Source of the DNA: an uncultured virus (IMG/VR IMGVR_UViG_3300033143_005075) | Taxonomy: Duplodnaviria; Heunggongvirae; Uroviricota; Caudoviricetes | Length of the DNA stretch: 58,098 nt | Strand: one strand, 5' to 3' | Virus record (IMG/VR): IMGVR_UViG_3300033143_005075 | Coordinates: 62,001-120,098 of that record | Shown here: piece by piece, positions 1 to 8,682 of the stretch | Layout of the letters: each line of letters starts with the position of its first letter | Position numbering within the stretch: the first letter of the stretch is position 1 | Translations under genes and position numbers: made by a program | The notes under the pieces: model-generated | The model's input: the letters and a program-made list of their open reading frames with translations, nothing else | What the model was told of the DNA's origin: nothing | Database searches by the model: none

Positions 1-131
1 TCAGTGCTCCTCTTTCCTTTAAAGGATCCATCTACTATGACTAGCTCATCTATTAGGTCATAGACAGCATCTATACTGTAGGGCAGTGTCACAATGTTGT
101 TGTAACAAATCCAGCATGCAACAATCTTCAT
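1..131 (-). CDS. GT2-family glycosyltransferase, N-terminal fragment (runs off window edge)
   Basis: Not in the ORF track. Manual translation from ATG at 131 (GGAG RBS upstream) gives MKIVACWICYNNIVTLPYSIDAVYDLIDELVIVDGSFKGKRST, the typical GT-A start (..YN....SI...DE++IVDG....ST). Confidence 0.75.
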   Translation of the reverse strand, partial: MKIVACWICYNNIVTLPYSIDAVYDLIDELVIVDGSFKGKRST

Positions 132-142
132 ATTATTCTCCT

Positions 143-886
143 TTAATCTTCTGTTCCAAATAGACTTCTTATAGGTGCAAATCGACAGTTGTGTTCTGAT
201 GGAAATGTTAACAATGGCTTTGTTGCCCGATCCTTGCTCTTGTAGTGCTTGTATAGCTGTTTCTTATCAAACATCATTTTGTAGTGCCACATACTATATG
301 CACCAACCATGTCCTTGATATCTGCCAGTCGTTTGTTATACTTGTTACTAAAGAGACAACAATCAATTCCATTCAGGTTACGTATATCTTTGAAGACTAT
401 ATCTGGAGTGTTTTTAATAAGTCTTGGTACACTATGATGGCCATTGATTCGTATATGAGGCAAGAACTTATTTCCTGGCACTACTTCATATTGTAGCTGA
501 CTAAAGGATAGAAATGCAGGATTCTTCTCTATCAGATTGTGGAAATCCGTGTGTTCGTGATACAATTCATCTACATCTTTCATTAATATATGCGTGCCCG
601 AACACTTAGATATAGCATATGTTCTACGTTCCATTTCATTAAAGCCATCGGCAGTTCTTTCACGACCAGATACAGTTCTCTTTCTGCCATATCTCTGTCG
701 CATTGGATATAGTTTGATCTTACTAAATCTATTAGCCATTCTATCTAGAAGCTCTGCTGTGCCGTCGGTACTCTCTCCATCGGTAATGATTAACTCATCA
801 ACGAACTGTAGTAAGTTCATGATGGATAACTTTATAATGGGTTTCTCATTATAACTGATCATATATCCGGAGAGCTTTATCTTCAT
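143..886 (-). CDS. GT2-family (GT-A fold) glycosyltransferase
   Basis: Motifs SYNE, DELIITDGESTDGT, RRTYAISKCSG and a DxD motif (KDVDE). Confidence 0.85.
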   Translation of the reverse strand: MKIKLSGYMISYNEKPIIKLSIMNLLQFVDELIITDGESTDGTAELLDRMANRFSKIKLYPMRQRYGRKRTVSGRERTADGFNEMERRTYAISKCSGTHILMKDVDELYHEHTDFHNLIEKNPAFLSFSQLQYEVVPGNKFLPHIRINGHHSVPRLIKNTPDIVFKDIRNLNGIDCCLFSNKYNKRLADIKDMVGAYSMWHYKMMFDKKQLYKHYKSKDRATKPLLTFPSEHNCRFAPIRSLFGTED

Positions 887-1437
887 TTGATTATCTCCAG
901 TATGATTCCATATGATCTCGAACTAAATCTCTCAATGAACCTCATAGTATCGCTATTCATAATCTGTGGTTTTATGTGTGCCATATTCTTGAGGTGGTCT
1001 TTGTATTTAGGATACATATGGACACTGAAATCATATCGATTGAAGAGATCCAGGAAGATAGATAGACTTGGAACGACACAGTCATGTTTATGATTATATC
1101 CTTTAAGAAGATCTTCTATCCGTTGACCATCAGGTCCAAATGGGAACCAGTGTACGGAAGCAATCCTTGCTGTTCTGATTGATTCCGACATGAATTTCGC
1201 TTGGTTGTTCACATGTTCTAACGTAGCAATCGATGTCGTGACATCGAAGCTGTTATCTTTATATGGGAGGTTCGTGCCATCGATTCCATTATTGATATTA
1301 GCATCAGTTACTTTGGCTGTCAGAAACTGTTGCAGTCTTCTGAATCCTCCAATATCCAACACAGTAGAAGGATCATATTTCTTGACATATGAAGCGACAG
1401 CATTATGGATTACTTTAGATACTTCAGGGATATGCAC
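883..1437 (-). CDS. Class I SAM-dependent methyltransferase (type 11-like)
   Basis: Motifs VLDIGG and DGTNLPYKDNSFDVTTSIATLEHV. Confidence 0.85.
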   Translation of the reverse strand: MHIPEVSKVIHNAVASYVKKYDPSTVLDIGGFRRLQQFLTAKVTDANINNGIDGTNLPYKDNSFDVTTSIATLEHVNNQAKFMSESIRTARIASVHWFPFGPDGQRIEDLLKGYNHKHDCVVPSLSIFLDLFNRYDFSVHMYPKYKDHLKNMAHIKPQIMNSDTMRFIERFSSRSYGIILEIIK

Positions 1438-2340
1438 CTAGTCTCCTTCGTGTTTCTTGACAAACTGTAGTATCCCGTCCACCCTGAAATTGATATTGTG
1501 TTGTCTCTTACATCGTTCGTGTGCCCTCTTGCCAATCTCTGCTAGCTGCTCTGGATGTTTCATATAGTGGTTTAACTTGGACAAGATGTCGCTGTATGTG
1601 GTATATGTAATAATTTCCTTGTCATTGAACACCATAGCAATTTCTGGTCGTGCTCTGGTGATAACAGGTACCCCACATGCTGCATACTCGAACATGCGGT
1701 GCGCCAGTGGGCTCCAGTCGTCTTGCACATCCAGTCCTATCTGGCTCTTACCGATAATGCGCAGAAACTTCTCTCCAGTAATAAATCCATGGTTCTCGGG
1801 ATGAGAATTCCATTGGGCACCAAATGCTAGTATTCTATAGGATGTCTCTGATCGTAATTTGTTAACGAATTTGATCCTTGTTTGCTTGTCGTGAAACCAT
1901 GGATGGGTACCCAGTCCGATGACTGATACATCTATATTCTTGGGTGTATCCATTACCTTATGATACCTGAAATCACATGCTGTCTGGTTATAATGCATAG
2001 GAATGGTAGTCTTGTACTTCTCATAGGTACCTATATGGTTGGTGACATATAGATCATAACTCTTAAACCGATCTGGTTTGAAGTAATAGGGATCCGAGAA
2101 ACCAAATCCAACAATGGGTATCTTTATCTTTGCTTTCACTGCAGGACTGAGCAACAGCGCTGAACTGGCTAGCCATATCATTGTTGGAGAGTGTTCCTTA
2201 ATGAGCTGAAGTATCTTGTTCATTTGTGACGTGTCTATCCAGATTATATCTATTCCTCTGCTTTTAACTTCTTCAAATATCGAGCGCTTTGTGCCGTAGT
2301 TGTTGTATGTATACCGGTCGCTAAAGTACAGTATCTTCAT
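1438..2340 (-). CDS. GT-B glycosyltransferase, CgeB/Glyco_trans_1_2-like
   Basis: Motifs FSDPY, DVSVIG, SQIGLD, RMFEYAACG and LAEIGKRAHERC..HN...R. Confidence 0.85.
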   Translation of the reverse strand: MKILYFSDRYTYNNYGTKRSIFEEVKSRGIDIIWIDTSQMNKILQLIKEHSPTMIWLASSALLLSPAVKAKIKIPIVGFGFSDPYYFKPDRFKSYDLYVTNHIGTYEKYKTTIPMHYNQTACDFRYHKVMDTPKNIDVSVIGLGTHPWFHDKQTRIKFVNKLRSETSYRILAFGAQWNSHPENHGFITGEKFLRIIGKSQIGLDVQDDWSPLAHRMFEYAACGVPVITRARPEIAMVFNDKEIITYTTYSDILSKLNHYMKHPEQLAEIGKRAHERCKRQHNINFRVDGILQFVKKHEGD

Positions 2341-2821
2341 GTCTTTCTCCTATCTTCTTGGCGGGATTCCCGGCCCATATTTCATATTGAGGAACATCTT
2401 TTGTGACAATAGCGCCGGCGCCGATTACTGCACCTTGTCCTATGCTTACTCCATCAGTAATAATAGCTGATGCTCCTATCCATACATCATTTGCTATATT
2501 GATACCTTTATGTGTGTTTGGCTGGTTTCTTATCAGAGTATTGCGTTTTATACCGTGGTTCTGTGCATGTATTTGAACTCCAGGACTGATCAGAACATAA
2601 TCTCCAATGGTGATGCCGCCCTGTCCGTGCATAATAGTATTATATCCTACACTGACAAGTTTTCCCATGCGGATGGTTCCTGTACACGTACGGATGATAC
2701 AGTTATGCATGATCTTAGTTCCATTGCCCAGAATAATCTCGCCACCATGTTCATTGTATCCAATGTGTGACTCTGGAGAGATAGTACAATGCGCACCCTT
2801 GATGAGTTTGGCTGTTATCAT
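2321..2821 (-). CDS. Hexapeptide-repeat (left-handed beta-helix) sugar O-acetyltransferase
   Basis: Hexapeptide repeats and DVWIGASAIITDGVSIGQGAVIGAGAIVTKDVP..IWAGNPAKKI. Start moved to 2821 to give an ATGA overlap with the upstream stop. Confidence 0.92.
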   Translation of the reverse strand: MITAKLIKGAHCTISPESHIGYNEHGGEIILGNGTKIMHNCIIRTCTGTIRMGKLVSVGYNTIMHGQGGITIGDYVLISPGVQIHAQNHGIKRNTLIRNQPNTHKGINIANDVWIGASAIITDGVSIGQGAVIGAGAIVTKDVPQYEIWAGNPAKKIGERHEDTVL

Positions 2822-3510
2822 GATTTCACCCATCTGGTATTGCTCTGTCGAGTGAAATGCTTACGTAGAAATGCTAACCCTTTACTCTCCCATACATCAA
2901 TGCTATTCTTGAAATGTCCTGATGATTCTTTCACCTTGAGACTAACTTCTAGTATCAATATGGCATTCTTCTTCATAGCTTTGTGCAATCGTACCAATTC
3001 AGAATAGGGATCATATACATGTTCTAAGACATCTAGACACACGACAATATCATAGTGATCATCCTGTAGAACCGCGTCAGAATATAGTATGTTTGTCTTA
3101 TATCCACGCTTTAGAACACGACTATGTGCAAATCTTAATAGAGGTCCATTAATGTCCATCATGTCTACATAGTTACCACGTTCTAGAAGGACTATGGTGT
3201 GTGTTCCCACACCACTACCATAATCTAAGCATGTTTTATCTTTATGTTTGGTATCTTTAAAATAGTGTCCTCTACGAACAACACTTGTAAACATCAGAGT
3301 CCTGAGGTATGCATGAAAATCCAAACTCTTGAAGTCTTTATATAGATCTATATAGTCCTCTTCATTACGGATAGGAGCACTACCATCATAGATTCTTATA
3401 GAATCTGGCGTGCAAATGCCTAGCTGCTGCACATACCTTAGTGGGATATCTATCAGTGGTCCCAGTTCCTCATCTCTTTCTAGCTGTGTCTCTTCAAGTA
3501 CGCTTTTCAT
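2818..3510 (-). CDS. Class I SAM-dependent methyltransferase
   Basis: Motifs CLDYGSGVG and YDIVVCLDVLEHVYDP. Confidence 0.9.
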   Translation of the reverse strand: MKSVLEETQLERDEELGPLIDIPLRYVQQLGICTPDSIRIYDGSAPIRNEEDYIDLYKDFKSLDFHAYLRTLMFTSVVRRGHYFKDTKHKDKTCLDYGSGVGTHTIVLLERGNYVDMMDINGPLLRFAHSRVLKRGYKTNILYSDAVLQDDHYDIVVCLDVLEHVYDPYSELVRLHKAMKKNAILILEVSLKVKESSGHFKNSIDVWESKGLAFLRKHFTRQSNTRWVKS

Positions 3511-3514
3511 TATC

Positions 3515-4801
3515 TTATCCTCTATTTACTTGCGTATGTTCTTTCAGCCAGTCTCGAAACTCGATTGTTTCAGCATGGAACTCTTCTAGTGTACGATCCT
3601 TGATCTTAAGGATGGGCTTTAGTTCATTCTCTCCACCGGGTCCAAAGAAGTAGAAGTTGTAGTCATCAAGATTCTTGTTAAGGATCTCTACATTGTATTT
3701 GTCAGGATTGTCCCATATATCAGAGCCGGGGATGGGCACGAAGGTGGTGCATGCTATGATAGAGTAGGGGACCCTAGTTAGCCAGTGTTTGTTATCCTCT
3801 ATTGTCTTGGGTGTTTGCCCAGGTGTCCTGATCATCATTAAGATTCGAGTGGTGAACCTGAGCTTGTGAGAGAGTTCGAGCGCTCTGACATTGTCAGCAC
3901 ATGTTGCCCGCTTATCCAATAGCTTTAGGACATCATCGTCGAAACTTTCTACACCAAATGAGAGCTCTTTACACCCGCCATCATACATGGCCTTAAGCAT
4001 GTCCTCTGATAGTGGCTTGGTTCGGCACGATACCCGCCAGTAGATGTCCAGCTTCTGGAGCTCCTTACTAACCTCTATAGCATGTCTTGCATTAGCAGTA
4101 AACATGTCATCAGAAAACCTAAACTGTCGTATACCATACTCATCTATGACTTGTTTGACTTCATCCGCTATTGACTTTGGACTTCTGAGTCGAACCCTAC
4201 TGTTGTGAGTGAAAGAAGGCGCAGAACAGAATGCACACTTGAAGGGACAGCCTCTGGAAGATAGCAGGATTGTGGATTTACCATCGTTAGTGTACTGTTT
4301 CTTGAATGCGAAGATATTTCCACCCATATTCCCATCAAGCATCTCTCTAGCAGGAAATGGCAGAGTATCTAGATCTGTCACAAGTTTCCCATGGTATACT
4401 GGTTTAAGGATGTTGATCTCCATATCTCGCATCATTTCCAGGCATGTTATGTCACCCTCACCTTTTAAGATACTGTCTATATAATTAGTATCAACGAACT
4501 CATCCGCATATGTGCCTGGGCCACCCAGGATCACGTTACATGTAGGATACTTCTGCTTGATCCTCTTGGCAAACCTGTTAGCTGCAAGTAGCTCGAGGCT
4601 TGTCACGGTGATACCATAGACCCTAGACTCTGGAAGATCCTTTATAGCATTATCTATAGAGTACGCGGAGTAGTTCTTCACGACAGTATTATAATCGTTC
4701 TCTTTAAGAACAGCACCTACTGCTAGCAATCCCATGGGTGCCTGTGCGTTGGGCTCATTGAGATATGGATGGGGTAAATATATAAGTATCATGTCATGCA
4801 T
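3515..4801 (-). CDS. Cobalamin-binding radical SAM enzyme (class B methylase-like)
   Basis: B12-binding N-terminal domain (PMGLLAVGAVL, VILGGP), SRGCPFKCAFC CxxxCxxC motif, FSDDMFT and SFGVES. Likely start is MHDMIL at 4801. Confidence 0.92.
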   Translation of the reverse strand: MHDMILIYLPHPYLNEPNAQAPMGLLAVGAVLKENDYNTVVKNYSAYSIDNAIKDLPESRVYGITVTSLELLAANRFAKRIKQKYPTCNVILGGPGTYADEFVDTNYIDSILKGEGDITCLEMMRDMEINILKPVYHGKLVTDLDTLPFPAREMLDGNMGGNIFAFKKQYTNDGKSTILLSSRGCPFKCAFCSAPSFTHNSRVRLRSPKSIADEVKQVIDEYGIRQFRFSDDMFTANARHAIEVSKELQKLDIYWRVSCRTKPLSEDMLKAMYDGGCKELSFGVESFDDDVLKLLDKRATCADNVRALELSHKLRFTTRILMMIRTPGQTPKTIEDNKHWLTRVPYSIIACTTFVPIPGSDIWDNPDKYNVEILNKNLDDYNFYFFGPGGENELKPILKIKDRTLEEFHAETIEFRDWLKEHTQVNRG

Positions 4802-4802
4802 G

Positions 4803-5564
4803 TTATATGTCCTTTGACTTGAATGGACACGCATCCATAAGTTTATTGAGATCTATGTTCACTTTATACTCTTTCATATGAACAGACATGTCTTTGAGTC
4901 TGCCCATATCCGGGGTAAGTCTGACTGATGGGCGACTCACTGAAGCAAAGTAGTCTCTGAATTTGAATCCCTGACCAAAGACTTTATTAGAAAGCTCGAT
5001 CCAGTATGATGGAAGACCGTACGCGTCGCCAGCTATTATTCCATGTAGTGCACTTGAGACGATTCGTTCACATGACAACACATCATCTACAAATCCATTT
5101 ATTGATTGTGTGATATCAATAACCTTGACTTTTGGATTACCTACAAATCGTTTAAGCCATGGATGTTTTACATCTACGTAGTGTGGAATGATGCCCCAAA
5201 CATATTTCTTTTCGACCTTCGGATGATAGTATCTTGGATACAGAAGGGCGGGATCACCATATACTTCTGGACAAGGAACCTTGAGCTGAAGCAGTCTCTG
5301 CCTGGTCATGGGTCCCCTGACTGCTAGAACTTGCTTAGGTGGGCCCTTTTGGAAGTTGTCAGCTGGGAGCATAAATCCACTTCCCCATACTATGGTATTA
5401 CGATCCACAAGATTCATCTGGCTTCCAATTACTGAGTACTTTGGCTTACTTATGTCTGTACATAAAACTGCTTTCTTACCAGAGATTAGTGAAGTTAGAT
5501 ATGGTGAGAGTATGTCTCCCCAATTTGCAAGACCCGCGCACCAACGCATTGGTATTTGATCCAT
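4803..5564 (-). CDS. Polysaccharide pyruvyltransferase (ExoV-like)
   Basis: Motifs NWGD, VWGSG, AVRGPMT, GDPALL, IIPHYVD, SSALHGIIAGDAYGLP and FKFRDY. Confidence 0.9.
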   Translation of the reverse strand: MDQIPMRWCAGLANWGDILSPYLTSLISGKKAVLCTDISKPKYSVIGSQMNLVDRNTIVWGSGFMLPADNFQKGPPKQVLAVRGPMTRQRLLQLKVPCPEVYGDPALLYPRYYHPKVEKKYVWGIIPHYVDVKHPWLKRFVGNPKVKVIDITQSINGFVDDVLSCERIVSSALHGIIAGDAYGLPSYWIELSNKVFGQGFKFRDYFASVSRPSVRLTPDMGRLKDMSVHMKEYKVNIDLNKLMDACPFKSKDI

Positions 5565-5566
5565 GA

Positions 5567-6256
5567 TTATCTCCGTGTCTTATTTAGAATGTAAGCACTA
5601 TTCTTTGCTCCAGTGCCGATATGTTCTACATATTGGTGTGGTAGTGTTGCTAGTTTAAATCCATGATTTGAAAATGTTCCTGTGAATTGTCCCTCGGTGT
5701 TTGGTGGCTTCTTGAATCGACCAGTTTTCCTAACTGCATCCATAGATTGTATACTTGGGTTTAATGTGTAGTGTCCGAACTGTTTACATTTTGCCTTCTT
5801 GTAATCAAACTTTCCCTTATTCTCATCCTTATCCCATAGATGTATGAGACATGATTCGCCCTTGATTATCTTTGGTATGTCACCCATGCCAGGTTTCAAT
5901 ACGACTATCTTTATCCTGGTGGTATTCTTAATGATATGGATTCCTTTGCTTATGAACTTACCTTTCTTGATGAACCGCCAATCATCCTCTAAGTGAAGCA
6001 CATATGGTGTCTTGACATGTTTAAACACATTGTTCAGATTAGCTGCATGTCCTTTCTCTGAAGAACTAAGGACATTCATGAATGGATACAGCTTCTTCAT
6101 TGCTGCAACTTGTTCTTTGGGGGAATGATCATCTGAGACTATCCATTCAGCTATTCTATCTTGGTCTTCGCACATCTCGAGTAATGATGCGATAGTCTTC
6201 TTGAAAAGATGTAATCGCTTACATGTTGTCATTGTTACTGTTACATCTTTAGTCAT
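5567..6256 (-). CDS. GT2-family glycosyltransferase
   Basis: Motifs TMTTCKR, IVSDDHS, YVLHLEDDW, TLNPS and VEHIG. Confidence 0.85.
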   Translation of the reverse strand: MTKDVTVTMTTCKRLHLFKKTIASLLEMCEDQDRIAEWIVSDDHSPKEQVAAMKKLYPFMNVLSSSEKGHAANLNNVFKHVKTPYVLHLEDDWRFIKKGKFISKGIHIIKNTTRIKIVVLKPGMGDIPKIIKGESCLIHLWDKDENKGKFDYKKAKCKQFGHYTLNPSIQSMDAVRKTGRFKKPPNTEGQFTGTFSNHGFKLATLPHQYVEHIGTGAKNSAYILNKTRR

Positions 6257-6259
6257 TAG

Positions 6260-6913
6260 CTACTCCAAGAACCTAATTGCCCGATCGATTTCACATGAAG
6301 GCCCACTGTGGCTACCGGTTTGGCCCATGTGATCTACATATGAATTGATTGTACTACAGATATGCCACTGATCTGTTGTTGCGAGCCAGTAACAGAAGTC
6401 CCAGTCCCATCCTTTATGTTTTGGGCCTTTCTGTGTTGTCTGCTTTCGATACCACTCCCAAGCATCTCTTTTAATAATGCAACCTAACCCACCTATAGAT
6501 ACCTTTCTGACATATCCTTTTGCGTCCCTATTTCCAGCTTTAACTTTATGTGTGTCAGTATTAAACAGGGTACCAAATCCCATTTTTGGGAGATCTTTGA
6601 CCATATTTTCTACAATATTAAAGATATTAGGATGGACAATGCAGTCTGCATCTAGTGCGAATAGATATTCATCCTCACATATAAGAAACTCTTCATTGAT
6701 TGCTCTAGAAGTGGCTTGATATGGTCCTGCTAATGTGCTGTTTTTGGTAATCATGAGGTCCATCTCTTCTATAATTAAAGGATATGCTGTCGTAGACATG
6801 TCATCAAAGAGGTGAAGCTTAATATCAGTCCGGCTACGCATAGCTTCCTTAATAGTTGATAAAGTCAATCTTAAGTAGTTTGGCCGATTCTTAAATGGTA
6901 GAACCACTCTCAT
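6260..6913 (-). CDS. GT-A fold (GT2-like) glycosyltransferase
   Basis: Motifs NRPNYLRLTL, LFDDMST, DxD (LDADC), GWDW and VDHMGQTG. Confidence 0.8.
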   Translation of the reverse strand: MRVVLPFKNRPNYLRLTLSTIKEAMRSRTDIKLHLFDDMSTTAYPLIIEEMDLMITKNSTLAGPYQATSRAINEEFLICEDEYLFALDADCIVHPNIFNIVENMVKDLPKMGFGTLFNTDTHKVKAGNRDAKGYVRKVSIGGLGCIIKRDAWEWYRKQTTQKGPKHKGWDWDFCYWLATTDQWHICSTINSYVDHMGQTGSHSGPSCEIDRAIRFLE

Positions 6914-8043
6914 GTTAACATCTCCTTTACCATTTTAAGTGTCGTATCTTGTCCATAGCTATCAAGTAGCTTCTTCCTCTGTTCTGCAATAATAGCAGGA
7001 CTATCTCTACGTTCATATGCATCACGCATCCAGTTTCTGAGGTCCATGACATCTACATCTGCCCAGTTCATGTAGCAGTTAAAGTAATTATATGCCCAGA
7101 AAGCATTTCTGACAGGTCTCATCCGATATGGGAGCTTCTTCTGATTGTATTCAGTAAGGAAGTCTTCGGGACCACCATATGCTGTAGTGATCACTGGATT
7201 GTTGAACATGATAGCATCTACAATGGGGAGGCCTGTGCCCTCACCGCGGTGGGGGAGAACAAAGCAGTCTCCTAGCTTATGTATTGCTTTCATGGATTCA
7301 TTGCTGAGTTGTTCATGTATCAGAAGTATATCTGGTAGGAGCTCTCGGCCGCATCCCATTTCTATCGTTAGGTTATTAATAGTCTGTATCATTGCCTTTG
7401 TTTCTGCCGGAGAGTGGTCTACTCTGTAGCTCTTCAAAAGTAGAGTAACTGGTTCTGAGGCATCGAACTCGCTGACATATGCCTCGAGCAGTGCATCGGG
7501 GTTCTTTCGTGGGATCCACTGGAAGATTGAATAAAAGCAAAAGTTCTTGGGTCTGAGGTTGTTGATGATTGGATCGAGGTTTGTCTGATTGATGGGCTCA
7601 TCTGCAGATTTGATGTCTTCAGGGAAGAGGGTAGGTGGCAAGACCTTGACTGGGATCTTGACTCCGGATTCTTCGAAGACCTTCTTAATCCGAGTCGCAG
7701 TTACCCAACACTCATCAGCATACTTGTTGAGCTTTGCGACCCAGTCTGTTGGGAGAAGATCAGTCTCCCAGGTAGTGTAGCAGATATTCTTGACGCCGTC
7801 GCGATGGACTTTGTCCATAGCACAGGCTAAGATATGAGAAATTCTTATGTCAGGATCATTGAACTTGTTCTTGAGGCGCTTGCATTCCTGATACTTCCAG
7901 TCATCAGATAGCTTGGTATCATCACTATCTATTTGTGTGACTGAGACATCAAAACCTGCTCTCTTTAGCAGGATGATATTGCGGCGACTGGCATCGCCAT
8001 ACCCACTGTTCTTGAATGCTTCACTGAGGTATTCGACTTTCAT
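6910..8043 (-). CDS. GT4-family (GT-B) glycosyltransferase
   Basis: Motifs SGYG, YTTWETD, QWIPRKN and DCFVLPHRGEGTGLPIVDA...PVITT.YGG. Confidence 0.92.
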   Translation of the reverse strand: MKVEYLSEAFKNSGYGDASRRNIILLKRAGFDVSVTQIDSDDTKLSDDWKYQECKRLKNKFNDPDIRISHILACAMDKVHRDGVKNICYTTWETDLLPTDWVAKLNKYADECWVTATRIKKVFEESGVKIPVKVLPPTLFPEDIKSADEPINQTNLDPIINNLRPKNFCFYSIFQWIPRKNPDALLEAYVSEFDASEPVTLLLKSYRVDHSPAETKAMIQTINNLTIEMGCGRELLPDILLIHEQLSNESMKAIHKLGDCFVLPHRGEGTGLPIVDAIMFNNPVITTAYGGPEDFLTEYNQKKLPYRMRPVRNAFWAYNYFNCYMNWADVDVMDLRNWMRDAYERRDSPAIIAEQRKKLLDSYGQDTTLKMVKEMLT

Positions 8044-8073
8044 CTAAAGCTCTCCTATTCTCTATTTTATGGC

Positions 8074-8102
8074 AGCGTATAGTCTTGTATAGATCTTGTC
8101 AA
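8074..8102 (-). promoter_or_regulatory. Putative sigma70-type promoter of the glycosylation operon
   Basis: Minus strand reads TTGACA, 17 nt, TACGCT in the 78-nt intergenic gap, followed by an AGGAG RBS before the GT4 ATG. Confidence 0.65.
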
Positions 8103-8121
8103 GTCATTTAAGAATAATTCG

Positions 8122-8682
8122 CTATCTTGTGTCTACCACAGCATCTATGCCTGCTCTGTCTGTAGCATCAAAGATTAGCTTCTTCAGCGATCGTCCAGTA
8201 TCAAGATTTGTCTTTGTCGCCACCATCGCCGCCCCCCAGTATCCCGGAAGATTTGCCTCAGATAGCATATATACATTATTGTCATTCGTTGTGACAGCAA
8301 GCGGCCATGTAAATACACTAGAATTATTCTTGATCGTGTTGATATTTGTCTGCGCCTGCACCGATAGGCTGAACACATTCCCGTCAAAAGTAAATCCTTC
8401 GGATATCAAAGAAACAGTCTTATCGTCGATTTCAGCATACCTTGTCTGTTTGTGGGCGGTGAGATCCCCATGGTCCATGATATCTTTCTCACCCTGGGAC
8501 ATCTCTGCCACCAAGCCCGAATCCTCTTTCCAGTACTTCTGAGATACCCCAGATACGTCGCTCAAGTTGGGGTTCTTCAGCCAGTTGACAGTATCTGTAG
8601 GGGTATTCGCACTCATCCTATATTCGGTTACGCGATCTGCGACCAGTGCATCATCTGGATCGTATATAATATAATCGGCCAT
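8122..8682 (-). CDS. Tail-fibre-associated protein (DUF4376-like)
   Basis: KQTRYAEID...EGFTFDGNVFSLS...N pattern, located directly after the fibre genes. Confidence 0.6.
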   Translation of the reverse strand: MADYIIYDPDDALVADRVTEYRMSANTPTDTVNWLKNPNLSDVSGVSQKYWKEDSGLVAEMSQGEKDIMDHGDLTAHKQTRYAEIDDKTVSLISEGFTFDGNVFSLSVQAQTNINTIKNNSSVFTWPLAVTTNDNNVYMLSEANLPGYWGAAMVATKTNLDTGRSLKKLIFDATDRAGIDAVVDTR

